A DNA stretch of 47,947 bases from an uncultured Ruminococcus sp. (GTDB lineage: Bacteria > Bacillota > Clostridia > Oscillospirales > Ruminococcaceae). Positions 8,251 through 18,171 of this stretch are shown here, piece by piece. Both the position numbers and the translations under genes were made by a program. Location of the stretch: positions 1 through 47,947 of the forward strand of contig CAZTRH010000005.1 of assembly GCA_964616605.1 (NCBI GenBank), read 5' to 3'. The stretch's first letter is position 1, and each line of letters begins with the position of its first letter. A model generated the notes under the pieces. It saw only the letters and a program-made list of their open reading frames with translations, ran no database searches and was not told where the DNA came from.

Positions 8251-9646
8251 ATGAAAATATACAACACTATGACCCGTACAAAACAGGAACTGAAACCCGT
8301 TACAGACGGCACTGTAAAAATATACTGCTGCGGTCCTACGGTTTACAACCTTATTCACATTGGAAACGCCCGTGCACTGTGCGTATTCGACACGCTTCGC
8401 CGCTACCTTGAATATCGGGGGTATAAAGTTTTCTACGTTCAGAACTTCACTGACGTTGACGATAAGATTATCAAAAAGGCAAACGAACTCGGAAAAACAG
8501 CTTCTGAAGTTTCAGAGAATGCTATTAAAGAATATTTTATTGACGCTGATGGTCTGAATGTAAGACGTGCAGACGTACACCCAAAGGTTACAGAATGTAT
8601 GGATATCATCATTGATATCGTAAAAACTCTTGTAGACAAAGGCTTTGCTTACGAAGCTGACGGCGATGTATATTTTGAAACCTCAAAATTTTCAGACTAT
8701 GGCAAACTTTCTCATCAGCCGCTTGACGACCTTCAGGCAGGTGCCAGAATTGAAGTAGGCGAAAAAAAGCGTGACCCAATGGATTTTGCTGTATGGAAAG
8801 CTGCAAAACCCGGCGAGCCGTACTGGGATTCTCCTTTTGGAAAGGGACGTCCGGGCTGGCATATTGAATGCTCCGCTATGTCAAGACACTTCATTGGTGA
8901 TACAATCGACATTCACGGCGGTGGTGCTGACCTCATCTTCCCACATCATGAAAATGAAATCGCCCAGAGCGAATGTGCGACAGGCTGCCAGCTTGCAAAT
9001 ATCTGGATGCACAACGGAATGCTCAATGTTGATAACAAGAAGATGTCCAAGTCCGCAGGAAACTTCTTCCTTGTGCGTGACATGGCTAAGGAGTTCGGCT
9101 ACGAGCCTATCCGTTTTATGTTGCTGTCGGTGCATTACAGAAGCCAGCTGAACTACACAACCGAAGTTATCGAAAGCTGCAAGGCGGCACTTACCCGTAT
9201 GTATAACTGCCGCGACCTTATTGAGCGTACTATTCCGACTGTAAATAACGGCGCTGCAAGCGATAAGACTCTTGCACAAATCAAGTCTGTTCGTGAGTTT
9301 TGACAACGCAATGGAGGACGATTTCAACACTGCAGATGCAATTTCCTCTATATTTGAGCTTGTACGCATAATCAATACTGCTTTGACTTCAGAAACTGCT
9401 GAACTTACAAAAGGTGATGTCAAAGCATTTAAAGATGAATTTACAACATTGACAAACATAATTGGTTTGTTGTATAATAGTAATGACGATGAAATTCCTG
9501 CTGAAATTCAGGCACTTGTTGAACAACGCAAAGAAGCAAGAAAAGCAAAGAACTTTGCTCTTGCAGACGAGCTTCGCAATAAAATTACAGATTTGGGATA
9601 CGTTGTTGAAGAAACAAGACAGGGTACAATCATCAAAAAGGCATAA
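8251..9646 (+). CDS. cysS: Cysteine-tRNA ligase, split by a +1 frameshift at about 9298-9304
   Basis: [30 protein letters not shown] and KMSKS in the first frame; DDFNT and ADELR anticodon-domain motifs continue in the +1 frame to the stop at 9646. Confidence 0.93.
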
Positions 9647-9665
9647 TCAAAGAAAGGCAAATCCA

Positions 9666-10589
9666 ATGAAAATCAAAAATACCATTCTTGCAGCAATGCT
9701 TGCTGCAACTACGCTGCTTACAGGCTGCGCTGAACAAGGCAATTCATCTGATAACGATAATTCGGATAAATCTGAAAGCAATTCATCAAATCAGGGAGGA
9801 ACAGATAACATGGAAATTGTAACAACTAAACCGAAAGAGATTGACGGATTTCTTGGAAATACCGTTGAAGTAACACCAAAAGCAGGTGATCTTATAGCAT
9901 CGTTTGAAATTGAGGGATTTGGCACAATCAAGGCTGTTCTTTTCCCCGAAGCTGCTCCCATAGGAGTGGATAATTTCCAAAAACTTGCTGAGTCGGGATA
10001 CTTCAAAGGACTAACAATCCACCGTGTTGTAAATGAATTTATGCTTCAGGGCGGTTCGCTTAACGGTGACGGCACAGGCGGTGACGCACTTGTAAACGAC
10101 GGTTCGTTCGGTATAGAAACTGCGCAGAATGCCCGCCATTTTTACGGCGCACTTTGCTATGCAAACGCACAGGGCAGCAACTCTACACAGTTTTATATTG
10201 TAAACAACAAAACTTCTCAAAGTCTTGAGGACTTCAACCTCGACCGCTACCATGAAATTGTAGAAGAGGGTAAATCATATATTGAGCAGGCAAGAGCTAT
10301 GGGAATTGCCGAAGCAATTGAATATTACCGCTTCCAGACTCAGTATTATCAGAACACAATTGACTGGGTAGAAGGCGCAAACGATCAGATTTCCGCCCTC
10401 TACAAAGAAAAGGGTGGAACTCCATTCCTTGACGGAAACTACACTGTTTTCGGACAGGTTTACGAGGGATTTGATGTAATCGACAATATCTCCGCCGTTG
10501 AAGTCACTGACAACGGAAACGGAGAAGCAAGCAAACCTGTTCAGACTATCACAATCACTAATGTTACAGTAACTGAATTTGCTGAATAA
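9666..10589 (+). CDS. Cyclophilin-type peptidyl-prolyl isomerase lipoprotein 1
   Basis: Signal peptide with lipobox LTGC from ATG 9666; HRVVNEFMLQGG, STQFYI, LDGNYTVFGQV. Confidence 0.92.
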   Translation: MKIKNTILAAMLAATTLLTGCAEQGNSSDNDNSDKSESNSSNQGGTDNMEIVTTKPKEIDGFLGNTVEVTPKAGDLIASFEIEGFGTIKAVLFPEAAPIGVDNFQKLAESGYFKGLTIHRVVNEFMLQGGSLNGDGTGGDALVNDGSFGIETAQNARHFYGALCYANAQGSNSTQFYIVNNKTSQSLEDFNLDRYHEIVEEGKSYIEQARAMGIAEAIEYYRFQTQYYQNTIDWVEGANDQISALYKEKGGTPFLDGNYTVFGQVYEGFDVIDNISAVEVTDNGNGEASKPVQTITITNVTVTEFAE

Positions 10590-10601
10590 GGAGGCAATCA
10601 G

Positions 10602-11471
10602 ATGAAACTCAGGAATGCGTTAATGAGCATAGGTCTTGCGGTATGCTGTCTTGTAACTTCCGGCTGTACAGCAAAGAAGCTTCCCGGTAATATTGGCAAT
10701 GAAGTTTACTTCAATGACGGCGACCTTATTGCTGAAATCAATATAGAGAACTACGGCACGATAAAAGCAAAGCTCTTCCCCGATATCGCACCGAATGCAG
10801 TAGAAAATTTTGTAGAACTTACAAAAAACGGCTATTATAACGGACTTAAAATTCACCGAGTTGCAAAAGATATGTGCATTCAAGGTGGTTCGCTTAACGG
10901 TGATGGAACAGGCGGTGAAGCCATTATCAATAAAGATGGTTACTTCGCAAATGAAATCAGCCTTAACGCAAGACACTTCTACGGTGCGCTGTGCTCTGCC
11001 AATCAGAACGGAAAGAACACCTGCCAGTTCTATATAGTAAACTCTAAAGAACCTCAGGATATCACACAGTATGACGCTGAAAAAATCACAGCAAAAGCAG
11101 CTGAATATACAGCAAAAAAAGACGCTCTTGAAGAACTTGACCCACAGACTGATTACATCAATGCGCAGGAAGCATATTATACACAGCTTGCAGCAATGAT
11201 AAGCGGTGCTACGGAAGATGTCGTAACCAAATATGCCGAAAAAGGCGGCTACCCTCTCTGGGACGGCATGAGTACAGTATTCGGACAAGTCTATGAAGGC
11301 TTTGATGTTCTTGAAAAAATTTCTGCCGTAGAAGTAACTACCAATAATATGGGAAAGGTTGAACGTCCTAAAACGGACATTATTATAAATTCTGTTACTA
11401 TAACTGAATATGTAACTCCCGAACCTGTTGAAGAAGAACCAGCTGAATCCTCTTCAAAGAAAAAGAAATAA
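10602..11471 (+). CDS. Cyclophilin-type peptidyl-prolyl isomerase lipoprotein 2
   Basis: Lipobox TSGC; HRVAKDMCIQGG, QFYI, TVFGQV; paralog of the upstream gene. Confidence 0.92.
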   Translation: MKLRNALMSIGLAVCCLVTSGCTAKKLPGNIGNEVYFNDGDLIAEINIENYGTIKAKLFPDIAPNAVENFVELTKNGYYNGLKIHRVAKDMCIQGGSLNGDGTGGEAIINKDGYFANEISLNARHFYGALCSANQNGKNTCQFYIVNSKEPQDITQYDAEKITAKAAEYTAKKDALEELDPQTDYINAQEAYYTQLAAMISGATEDVVTKYAEKGGYPLWDGMSTVFGQVYEGFDVLEKISAVEVTTNNMGKVERPKTDIIINSVTITEYVTPEPVEEEPAESSSKKKK

Positions 11472-11474
11472 ATC

Positions 11475-11508
11475 AAGTCCTGCTGCCTTGCGACAGCAGG
11501 ATTTTTTT
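11475..11508 (+). terminator. Intrinsic terminator between the cyclophilin genes and the convergent ger operon
   Basis: TCCTGCTG/CAGCAGGA stem followed by T7. Confidence 0.85.
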
Positions 11509-12442
11509 AAGATATTCCATTTTCAAGCAGCTTTGCAAGTGAACGCAAAGCTGTTTTTCTTTCTTTATCATCAATACTGCCGCCATTTTGTGAACGAAAT
11601 TTTGCACAAACCGAAACACTTTCCTTATTATCATCAGCATTATCAGAAAGAATTTTTATATCATATGCTTCGCAAATTCTCTCGCAGCCTTCAAATTCAT
11701 AGTTCAAGGTTATTCGGTTTGACAATCCTCTCCAAAGCATAACAGCAGCAGTCTGATTACGGTCTAACACACGCTCTAAGTTTCCGTTTATAATCTCACG
11801 AGCTCCGCTTAAAACAACTGTACCCCCATCTTCATTCAATGTCATTCCCCTGCCGTTTTTAACATACTCGAACATCGGTATAAGCGAAGTCCTTTCTGCT
11901 TTTAAATCACAAAGCAAATCCAGCAAGGTTGTTTTAGGAGAAACTCCCTTTTCAAATGCATTTTCTAAAATTGAAATCGGTTTTTCTGCTGACGTTATCC
12001 CTTCCGTAAACTGTATATCTGTCAGCATTTCAGCTTTTTCAGCACAACACACAAGCATATTCAGACTACAACGCAAATCAAAATACAAAGTATTCAATAC
12101 ATTATCAATAGGCTGTAATTCAAAACCATTTCCCAGAATAAGGAGCTTAGTTTCACGCATATAAATACGTTTTCCGTCAATTAAGGATATATTATCAATT
12201 GCTTCACCCAGTGTTCTTCCCTCTCCTGTCACTTTGATTACATTATCCTGAGAAGCGTCTATTGTATCTCCGCCGCTGCCTGTTGAACTAAACAACAGCG
12301 CACTTACACGATATCCGTTATCATAGTCAACAGCAGCAGCTTGTATTATTGCACGGCTTCCTATTTCGGTTGCATCGCCAACATAAGAACAACCTGACAT
12401 CAGAATTACTACAATTAAAGTCAATACAATCAACTTTTTCAT
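11507..12442 (-). CDS. gerKC: Spore germinant receptor C subunit (GerAC/KC-family lipoprotein)
   Basis: Lipobox MSGC; EIGSRAII-AAVD and GEGRTLGEAI motifs; third gene of the ger operon. Confidence 0.85.
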   Translation of the reverse strand: MKKLIVLTLIVVILMSGCSYVGDATEIGSRAIIQAAAVDYDNGYRVSALLFSSTGSGGDTIDASQDNVIKVTGEGRTLGEAIDNISLIDGKRIYMRETKLLILGNGFELQPIDNVLNTLYFDLRCSLNMLVCCAEKAEMLTDIQFTEGITSAEKPISILENAFEKGVSPKTTLLDLLCDLKAERTSLIPMFEYVKNGRGMTLNEDGGTVVLSGAREIINGNLERVLDRNQTAAVMLWRGLSNRITLNYEFEGCERICEAYDIKILSDNADDNKESVSVCAKFRSQNGGSIDDKERKTALRSLAKLLENGIS

Positions 12443-13347
12443 TGAACAGTCCTTTCTTTACGTCTGATATTCAATATAATCCGAACTGTATTAAATGCGC
12501 AAAGCAGAAACACGCCCGATCGAAAAGCAGCGCATAACACCCATACTGCCGCTGCTGCTCCGTCCAATCGCTTAAAAAATGCTATATCCGATAATGATGC
12601 TGCCGCAATGAAAGGATATTCAACCGAACCGTATAACTCGCGCAATACAAAACAATTAAACAAGGCAATTCCAACAACGGCAGTGATCGCTGTAAGTCCA
12701 AACATCACCCCACAGCGAGCGGTTGAACAAGTATTCTTTTTTGCTGTATACGGCAAAAAAGCAGTGAAAATCAGATAATCTCCGCCTCTTGACATATCTC
12801 TTATTACTTCCTCAGCAAAAGACTGAATTTCAAAATCAAATGCTATTTTTCCATCGGGAATTTTCATATATGGAATATCTGCAATAACTACCGTAACAGA
12901 TACAATAACTGATATAACAAGAAAAATCGCTCCGCTTCTTGCAGCAGCTTCGGCTTTCATAAAAACAATATACACAGCAAATATTCCTGTTATAGCAAAA
13001 ATTACAAATATACTGCCGCCTGTAAGCAAATTCTTTATTGTAAACTCAGCAGAATATAATATTGCCATCACTGACGAACCTGCCATAAGCAGCACTGCAA
13101 AAGTGCCGACAACAACACCAAAAAATCTGTTTTTCCTGTAAATTGCACCGTAAAAATCATTTCCTCTGAACGAATAAATAATAGCAGGCAACCCTAGTAT
13201 AAATTGTATCAGTTCTGCTAATGCGGTGGCACAAATAGAAGCTGCTGCGTCAATTGTTCTTGGATAAACGATTTCGCCTGCTATCCTTGTTAAAATAAGC
13301 AGACAAAAAAGCTGCTGCACACTTATTTTTTTATTAGTTTCATTCAT
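12439..13347 (-). CDS. gerKB: Spore germinant receptor B subunit (GerAB/KB family)
   Basis: KISVQQL start, multiple TM helices, YPF and FFKRLD...W motifs; operon position. Confidence 0.85.
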   Translation of the reverse strand: MNETNKKISVQQLFCLLILTRIAGEIVYPRTIDAAASICATALAELIQFILGLPAIIYSFRGNDFYGAIYRKNRFFGVVVGTFAVLLMAGSSVMAILYSAEFTIKNLLTGGSIFVIFAITGIFAVYIVFMKAEAAARSGAIFLVISVIVSVTVVIADIPYMKIPDGKIAFDFEIQSFAEEVIRDMSRGGDYLIFTAFLPYTAKKNTCSTARCGVMFGLTAITAVVGIALFNCFVLRELYGSVEYPFIAAASLSDIAFFKRLDGAAAAVWVLCAAFRSGVFLLCAFNTVRIILNIRRKERTVQ

Positions 13348-14818
13348 TTGGTGACGCTCCGTTCAGATTTTGAAGAACTATATCGCTGTTTGCGAGTTTT
13401 TTCCAGCCCAACCGTACAAACATATCTCTTGAAGCTTTTGGGGAGAATGGAGATATAGGCGACATATACGGTATGCCATATGTGCATAGCGAACACATTT
13501 TTATTAAAACAACTCCGCCTAGAATAAATAATCCGTATAAGCCAAATACACCGCCTGCTATAATATACAAAAATCGCAGAACAACTGTTTTTTCATACTG
13601 TGTCGGCACTACAAAGCTGCATAAACCCGATAATGCAACTATCAGTACCATTGGAGCGCCCACAAGCCCTGCCGAAACTGTTATATCTCCTATAACCAGA
13701 CCGCCAACTACTCCCAAAGCGTGACCTATCGGACGTGGCAGACGTATTCCTGCTTCTCGGAGTATTTCATACATAAAGTGAATAAATAAACACTCCACCA
13801 TAAGAGAAAATGGCGCAGTCTGCTCTGCAGCTGCCAGATTTAGGATTAGCGTTGACGGGAGCATTTCGGGATTATATGACGCAATAGCAACATATGCTCC
13901 CGGTAAAAACAGCGTTATAAGATAAGCAGTAAGCCTTACTATTCTGATAAAAAAAGCATAGAACGGCTTTTGTGTGTAATCGTCCAGCGCCTGAAAACTT
14001 TCGATAAACAAGTGTGGAACCACCAATGCAAACGGCGTTCCGTCAACTAATATTCCAACCCTGCCTTCATACAATTTAGCAGCAAAAGTATCAGGGCGTT
14101 CGCACGTTCCGCATTCGGAAAAAAACCAACCGCCCTTTCCTTCAAAGTATGGCTGAATATATCCGCTTTCCAGTATCGTAGAAAGATTGATTGATTTCAC
14201 ACGCTTTCGCACATTTTCAAGCAGTTCCGGAGAAACTCTGTTCTTAATATAACACAGACAGATATCTGTGTTGGAAAAATTGCCGATGCTCTGAAGTTCA
14301 AATACCAGCGATGGCGATTTTATGCGGCGGCGTATAAGTCCCATATTAGTTCTTATTACCTCGCAAAACCCCTCTCTTGAACCTCGTACATTAAGTTCCG
14401 ATGACGGCTCGTCTATACTGCGTGATTTGTAACCTTGAATGCCAATTGCTATTGCTTTTGTGCAACCATCAACTATAATAATTCCAAATCCCGATTGATA
14501 TTTCAAAATCAGGTTTTTGAAATCTGTTATTTCTATTTGTTCGGCTGCTATAAGATACTCTTCAAAAAAACGTGTTACAAGATTTTCGGGTGATAATTCA
14601 TCATCATTCCCAAGATTATTTAATTTGTTGTAAATAAGGTCAGCAAGAGTTTCTGTACTCGTCATACCCTCACAAGTTATTATAGCTATGCGATTTTTGC
14701 AAATCATACCGTTTTTTATAACAAGGTCAGAAGAATTATTTACAGCTTGAGTTATATAATCAAGATTTTTATTCAAAGAATTGAATAAAGGAATATTCAA
14801 TTTCATCTCCACGGACAT
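13340..14818 (-). CDS. gerKA: Spore germinant receptor A subunit (GerAA/KA family)
   Basis: RSIDEP, RGSREGF, LIRRRIK, ERPD, VDGTPF, EILREAGIRLP, GIPYMSP. Confidence 0.95.
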   Translation of the reverse strand: MSVEMKLNIPLFNSLNKNLDYITQAVNNSSDLVIKNGMICKNRIAIITCEGMTSTETLADLIYNKLNNLGNDDELSPENLVTRFFEEYLIAAEQIEITDFKNLILKYQSGFGIIIVDGCTKAIAIGIQGYKSRSIDEPSSELNVRGSREGFCEVIRTNMGLIRRRIKSPSLVFELQSIGNFSNTDICLCYIKNRVSPELLENVRKRVKSINLSTILESGYIQPYFEGKGGWFFSECGTCERPDTFAAKLYEGRVGILVDGTPFALVVPHLFIESFQALDDYTQKPFYAFFIRIVRLTAYLITLFLPGAYVAIASYNPEMLPSTLILNLAAAEQTAPFSLMVECLFIHFMYEILREAGIRLPRPIGHALGVVGGLVIGDITVSAGLVGAPMVLIVALSGLCSFVVPTQYEKTVVLRFLYIIAGGVFGLYGLFILGGVVLIKMCSLCTYGIPYMSPISPFSPKASRDMFVRLGWKKLANSDIVLQNLNGASPNE

Positions 14819-14832
14819 TCCCCCTTTGGGAA

Positions 14833-14861
14833 TATTTTCTCCACATCAAGTAATTTTATGC
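14833..14861 (-). promoter_or_regulatory. Possible forespore sigma-F/G promoter for the ger operon
   Basis: Minus strand GCATA-14 bp-GGAGAAAATA resembles the sigma-F consensus GYATA-15-GGnnAnAHTR, with the spacer 1 bp short. Confidence 0.4.
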
Positions 14862-14891
14862 AAAAAAGACCGTGCAGATAATCTGCACGGT
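14862..14891 (-). terminator. Intrinsic terminator after the hemolysin-III gene
   Basis: ACCGTGCAGAT/ATCTGCACGGT inverted repeat followed by a T-run on the minus strand. Confidence 0.85.
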
Positions 14892-14898
14892 GATATAT

Positions 14899-15567
14899 CT
14901 ATTTTCCGATAACCATGAGAAGAATTGAGAAATAGTGGAAAACGCTTCCGCCAACAGTAAAAATATGCCAGATAGAATGGAAATACTTCTTTGACTTCAA
15001 CGCATAGAAGATAATTCCACCCGTATAGCATACACCGCCAATCAGCAAGAACCACAATGACAACGCAGAACAATGATCCAGCATCGGCTTTATTGCGATA
15101 ATTACAACCCACCCCATCGCAATATAACACACAACAGAAGGCTTTCTGAATTTTTCCAGATTAATAGAATTCATCACTATTCCAAGAATTGCAGCTCCCC
15201 ACACTATTCCGAACAGTGTCCACCCAAGCGCCCCTCGCAGCGGAACTAGCGTTATAGGCGTATAGGTTCCCGCAATCAGAAAAAAAATTGTATCATGATC
15301 CATTATTCTGAAAAAACTTTTTGCCTTGCGATTTGTTATAGCGTGATACAAAGTCGACATTGTATAAAGCACGATAAGCGAACCGCCATAGATTGCACAG
15401 CTGACTACTGCCCATGCGTCTGAATATATCGCAGCAAGTACAATCAGAACTGCCGTTCCTGCAACAGCCAATCCACCACCAATGCCATGACTGACTGAAT
15501 TGAAAATCTCCTCACCAACCGAATACCTCTTTGTAATGTCCTTCGATTCACATAGCGCTTTCTTCAT
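14899..15567 (-). CDS. Hemolysin III / PAQR (TrhA-like) membrane protein
   Basis: EEIFNSVSHG, STLYH, DH...IAGTYTP and HSIWHIF metal-binding His motifs; about 7 TM helices. Confidence 0.95.
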   Translation of the reverse strand: MKKALCESKDITKRYSVGEEIFNSVSHGIGGGLAVAGTAVLIVLAAIYSDAWAVVSCAIYGGSLIVLYTMSTLYHAITNRKAKSFFRIMDHDTIFFLIAGTYTPITLVPLRGALGWTLFGIVWGAAILGIVMNSINLEKFRKPSVVCYIAMGWVVIIAIKPMLDHCSALSLWFLLIGGVCYTGGIIFYALKSKKYFHSIWHIFTVGGSVFHYFSILLMVIGK

Positions 15568-15590
15568 ACTATCACCAACTCAATTAAAAT

Positions 15591-17450
15591 TTATCTTTTT
15601 ACATTAGGACGATTGTTTTTGTCACCATTCTTTTTATTCGCAGCTGGCGAAACCATATCGTCATCACGATTAAATCTGCCAAATCCAAAGCCTTTACCGC
15701 TTGCACCGTCGCCGGATACTCCATCGGTAGCAGTAACCGTCTTAATCAGCGTATTATCGCAATATATATTATAACTCTCTCCGGATACTATTTCTTCGCA
15801 AGAGAAGATAAGCGACTGGCAATTCTTTAACGTTGTGACGCTCAGAATAGACGCTCCCGCTTCATTGCGAACTTCAAGAGTGCTTCCTGCGTTTACACTG
15901 CTCTTAACAGACAAGCATGGCTGTGACAACGCACTTGGAGCTTGTGCCATACCCTGCGAGCCAAGCGCAATTAGCACGCCTCCGCTCAGAGCATATGACT
16001 TTTCATAATCAATTGCTCCATTCGCACTATCTGTCGGACCGAAAATCTTCAGCACTCCGCCGCTTTGTGCAATAGTGCCATTGCTGTCTATACCATCACC
16101 GTCAGCGTCAAGTGTAATTTCTCCGCCTGCAATGCAAATATAATATTCTTCGGAAGAACCAAATCCTAAAATCGAGCCATTATCGCCGCCAGCCGCATTT
16201 ATTCCGTCATCAACGGCTTTAACGGTTATGATACCGCCGTTAATCGTAATATTCTTTCCCTCAAGACCTTCATAGGACTTAATAACATTTATCGTACCAT
16301 CGTTAATCTCAAGGCTCTCATATGCATGAATTGCGTCATCGCAAGACGATAATTCAAATGTTCCGTTATCTATTATTACCGAAGCGTTTGAATGAATACT
16401 ATCATCAGCGGAAACAATTTTATAATTGCCGCCCTTTATCAGTATATTTCCTCCTGCTTTCAGACCCTTACAACTGTCGCTTTGCTCATCAGAAACTGTT
16501 GGAGCGGAATTTGTGTCAAACTTCATTCTGCCGCGAAAATCTCGGTCAGACAATCCACCGCTCGAAGCTGAAATCTCCTTATCAGCTTCGTCGCCACCTG
16601 CTCGAACGTTAAATATTCCACCTTTTATCGTAAGCAAGGTTTCTGCTTGTATTGCGTCAGTCTGACTTTCAATGTCGAATGTTCCGTCCGCTATTGTAAT
16701 ATAACCTCTGCCCTCATCTGTGATGTTCGTAGATTTAATTCCATCGCCTCCGGATTTCACCGAAATATCGCCATTGTATATTACAGTATAGTCCTTGCCT
16801 GTAATCCCATCCTCAACAGACTGAATTGTAAGTTTTCCGCAGCTTATGCTAAGACCATCTTTGCACTTCACAGCATCTTTATATAAGCCGTTTATTACAA
16901 GTTCACCGCTTCCTGTTATCACAGTATCACTTCGTGAAAAAACTGCTGCGTCAGGCTCGTTGTCGCCATCGGGAAAAGTGTAATTCACCGAATCAGAAAT
17001 GCTGTTCTTTGTGTTGGCAACTGAACAGATTGTGAGAAGCTGAGCAGATTTGCAATTTATTGTGCTGCCTATCGCCGAAGCCAGTTCAACACCATTCAAT
17101 GCAAGTGTAACCTCAGCTTTATCAGTTTCAATCAGAATATTAACATCAGAACATTTGCCTGACAGCTCATATACACCGCCCAATGTAATCTTTATCGTAT
17201 TGCCGCTTATTTCTGCGCCTTCTCCAACACAAGTTATGCCATCGTTGGAAACGGTAATTCTGCAGTCAGTAGATTTTATGATATCCGTTTCATTCTTAGG
17301 TTCAATCCCGCTTACATCAGGCTGAGTTGAATGAGGATTATCAACCGATGAATCATGGTTTTCTGATAAAGTATTCCGGTCGTTCGTGCAGCCCGATAAA
17401 CCGAACGCAACAGCGAACATTGCCGCAAGCGTTTTGAATGTCATATTCAT
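15591..17450 (-). CDS. Cthe_2159 (DUF4353)-family beta-helix lipoprotein
   Basis: Lipobox LSGC; repeated coils DAV/DGI/DAI/DSIH/EGLE/DGIN/DGIDSNG; GPT..NGAIDY motif. Confidence 0.88.
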   Translation of the reverse strand: MNMTFKTLAAMFAVAFGLSGCTNDRNTLSENHDSSVDNPHSTQPDVSGIEPKNETDIIKSTDCRITVSNDGITCVGEGAEISGNTIKITLGGVYELSGKCSDVNILIETDKAEVTLALNGVELASAIGSTINCKSAQLLTICSVANTKNSISDSVNYTFPDGDNEPDAAVFSRSDTVITGSGELVINGLYKDAVKCKDGLSISCGKLTIQSVEDGITGKDYTVIYNGDISVKSGGDGIKSTNITDEGRGYITIADGTFDIESQTDAIQAETLLTIKGGIFNVRAGGDEADKEISASSGGLSDRDFRGRMKFDTNSAPTVSDEQSDSCKGLKAGGNILIKGGNYKIVSADDSIHSNASVIIDNGTFELSSCDDAIHAYESLEINDGTINVIKSYEGLEGKNITINGGIITVKAVDDGINAAGGDNGSILGFGSSEEYYICIAGGEITLDADGDGIDSNGTIAQSGGVLKIFGPTDSANGAIDYEKSYALSGGVLIALGSQGMAQAPSALSQPCLSVKSSVNAGSTLEVRNEAGASILSVTTLKNCQSLIFSCEEIVSGESYNIYCDNTLIKTVTATDGVSGDGASGKGFGFGRFNRDDDMVSPAANKKNGDKNNRPNVKR

Positions 17451-17490
17451 ATTGCCAAACTCCTTTCACAATCAAAACAGCCTGTAAATT

Positions 17491-18165
17491 TTACATTTCT
17501 TCATGGTTATCAGTAAGAATACTGCACGAAACAGTAAGATTTCCGTTAATAGCACGGATTTTATCCAGAAATTCCTTTTCTTTTTCAACATCTTTCAATA
17601 CGACTTCATATCTTAATTCGTACAGCGTTCCCATGCTCACAGTCTTTGCCATAATCATTCTGTATCTGCTTGTATACTGTGCAAACAGTTCCTTAAAGCA
17701 TACTGTATAATCCATATCCTCCGGAATAAGCACTCTTATAAGCTTTGCGGTTTTTACTATGCCAAACACAGGCGTAAATCCAAGAACAGCAAGGATAATT
17801 CCGGCAATTACAGCAATCAGAACAGCAAAACCGATAAATCCCATTCCTGTAGCAAGTCCAACCGCCATCGAAAGGAATATGTAGCATAATTCCCGCGACG
17901 TTCCGGGAGCAGAACGAAATCTTACAAGGTTAAATGCACCCATAACAGCAATACCAGCGCCGATTGAGCCATTTACCAGCATAATAACCGCTTGTACAAG
18001 CAGCGGCATTACCGTAAGCGTCACCATAAGATTTTTTGAAGCACGAGGATTATTTAATCTGTAAAGGAATGCTGCCCAGAAACCTGTCAGCGCAGATGTC
18101 ACCGTACAAATAATTGCACTTTGCGCAGTCAGTCCCACTGCTTCGTCAATAATACTTGAAAACAT
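17491..18165 (-). CDS. DUF4956-family membrane protein
   Basis: GIAVMGAFNLVRFRSAPG and MAVGLATGMG motifs; about 5 TM helices plus a soluble C-terminal domain (IPEDMDY, RAINGNL). Confidence 0.9.
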   Translation of the reverse strand: MFSSIIDEAVGLTAQSAIICTVTSALTGFWAAFLYRLNNPRASKNLMVTLTVMPLLVQAVIMLVNGSIGAGIAVMGAFNLVRFRSAPGTSRELCYIFLSMAVGLATGMGFIGFAVLIAVIAGIILAVLGFTPVFGIVKTAKLIRVLIPEDMDYTVCFKELFAQYTSRYRMIMAKTVSMGTLYELRYEVVLKDVEKEKEFLDKIRAINGNLTVSCSILTDNHEEM

Positions 18166-18171
18166 TTATAA

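Noticed and set aside
9272-9646. 124-aa ORF as an independent gene
   Set aside because: It is the CysRS anticodon-binding domain; TTG start with no RBS.
9462-9665. N-terminal extension of the 375-aa cyclophilin ORF in the track
   Set aside because: Overlaps the cysS 3' half; the signal peptide and RBS support ATG 9666.
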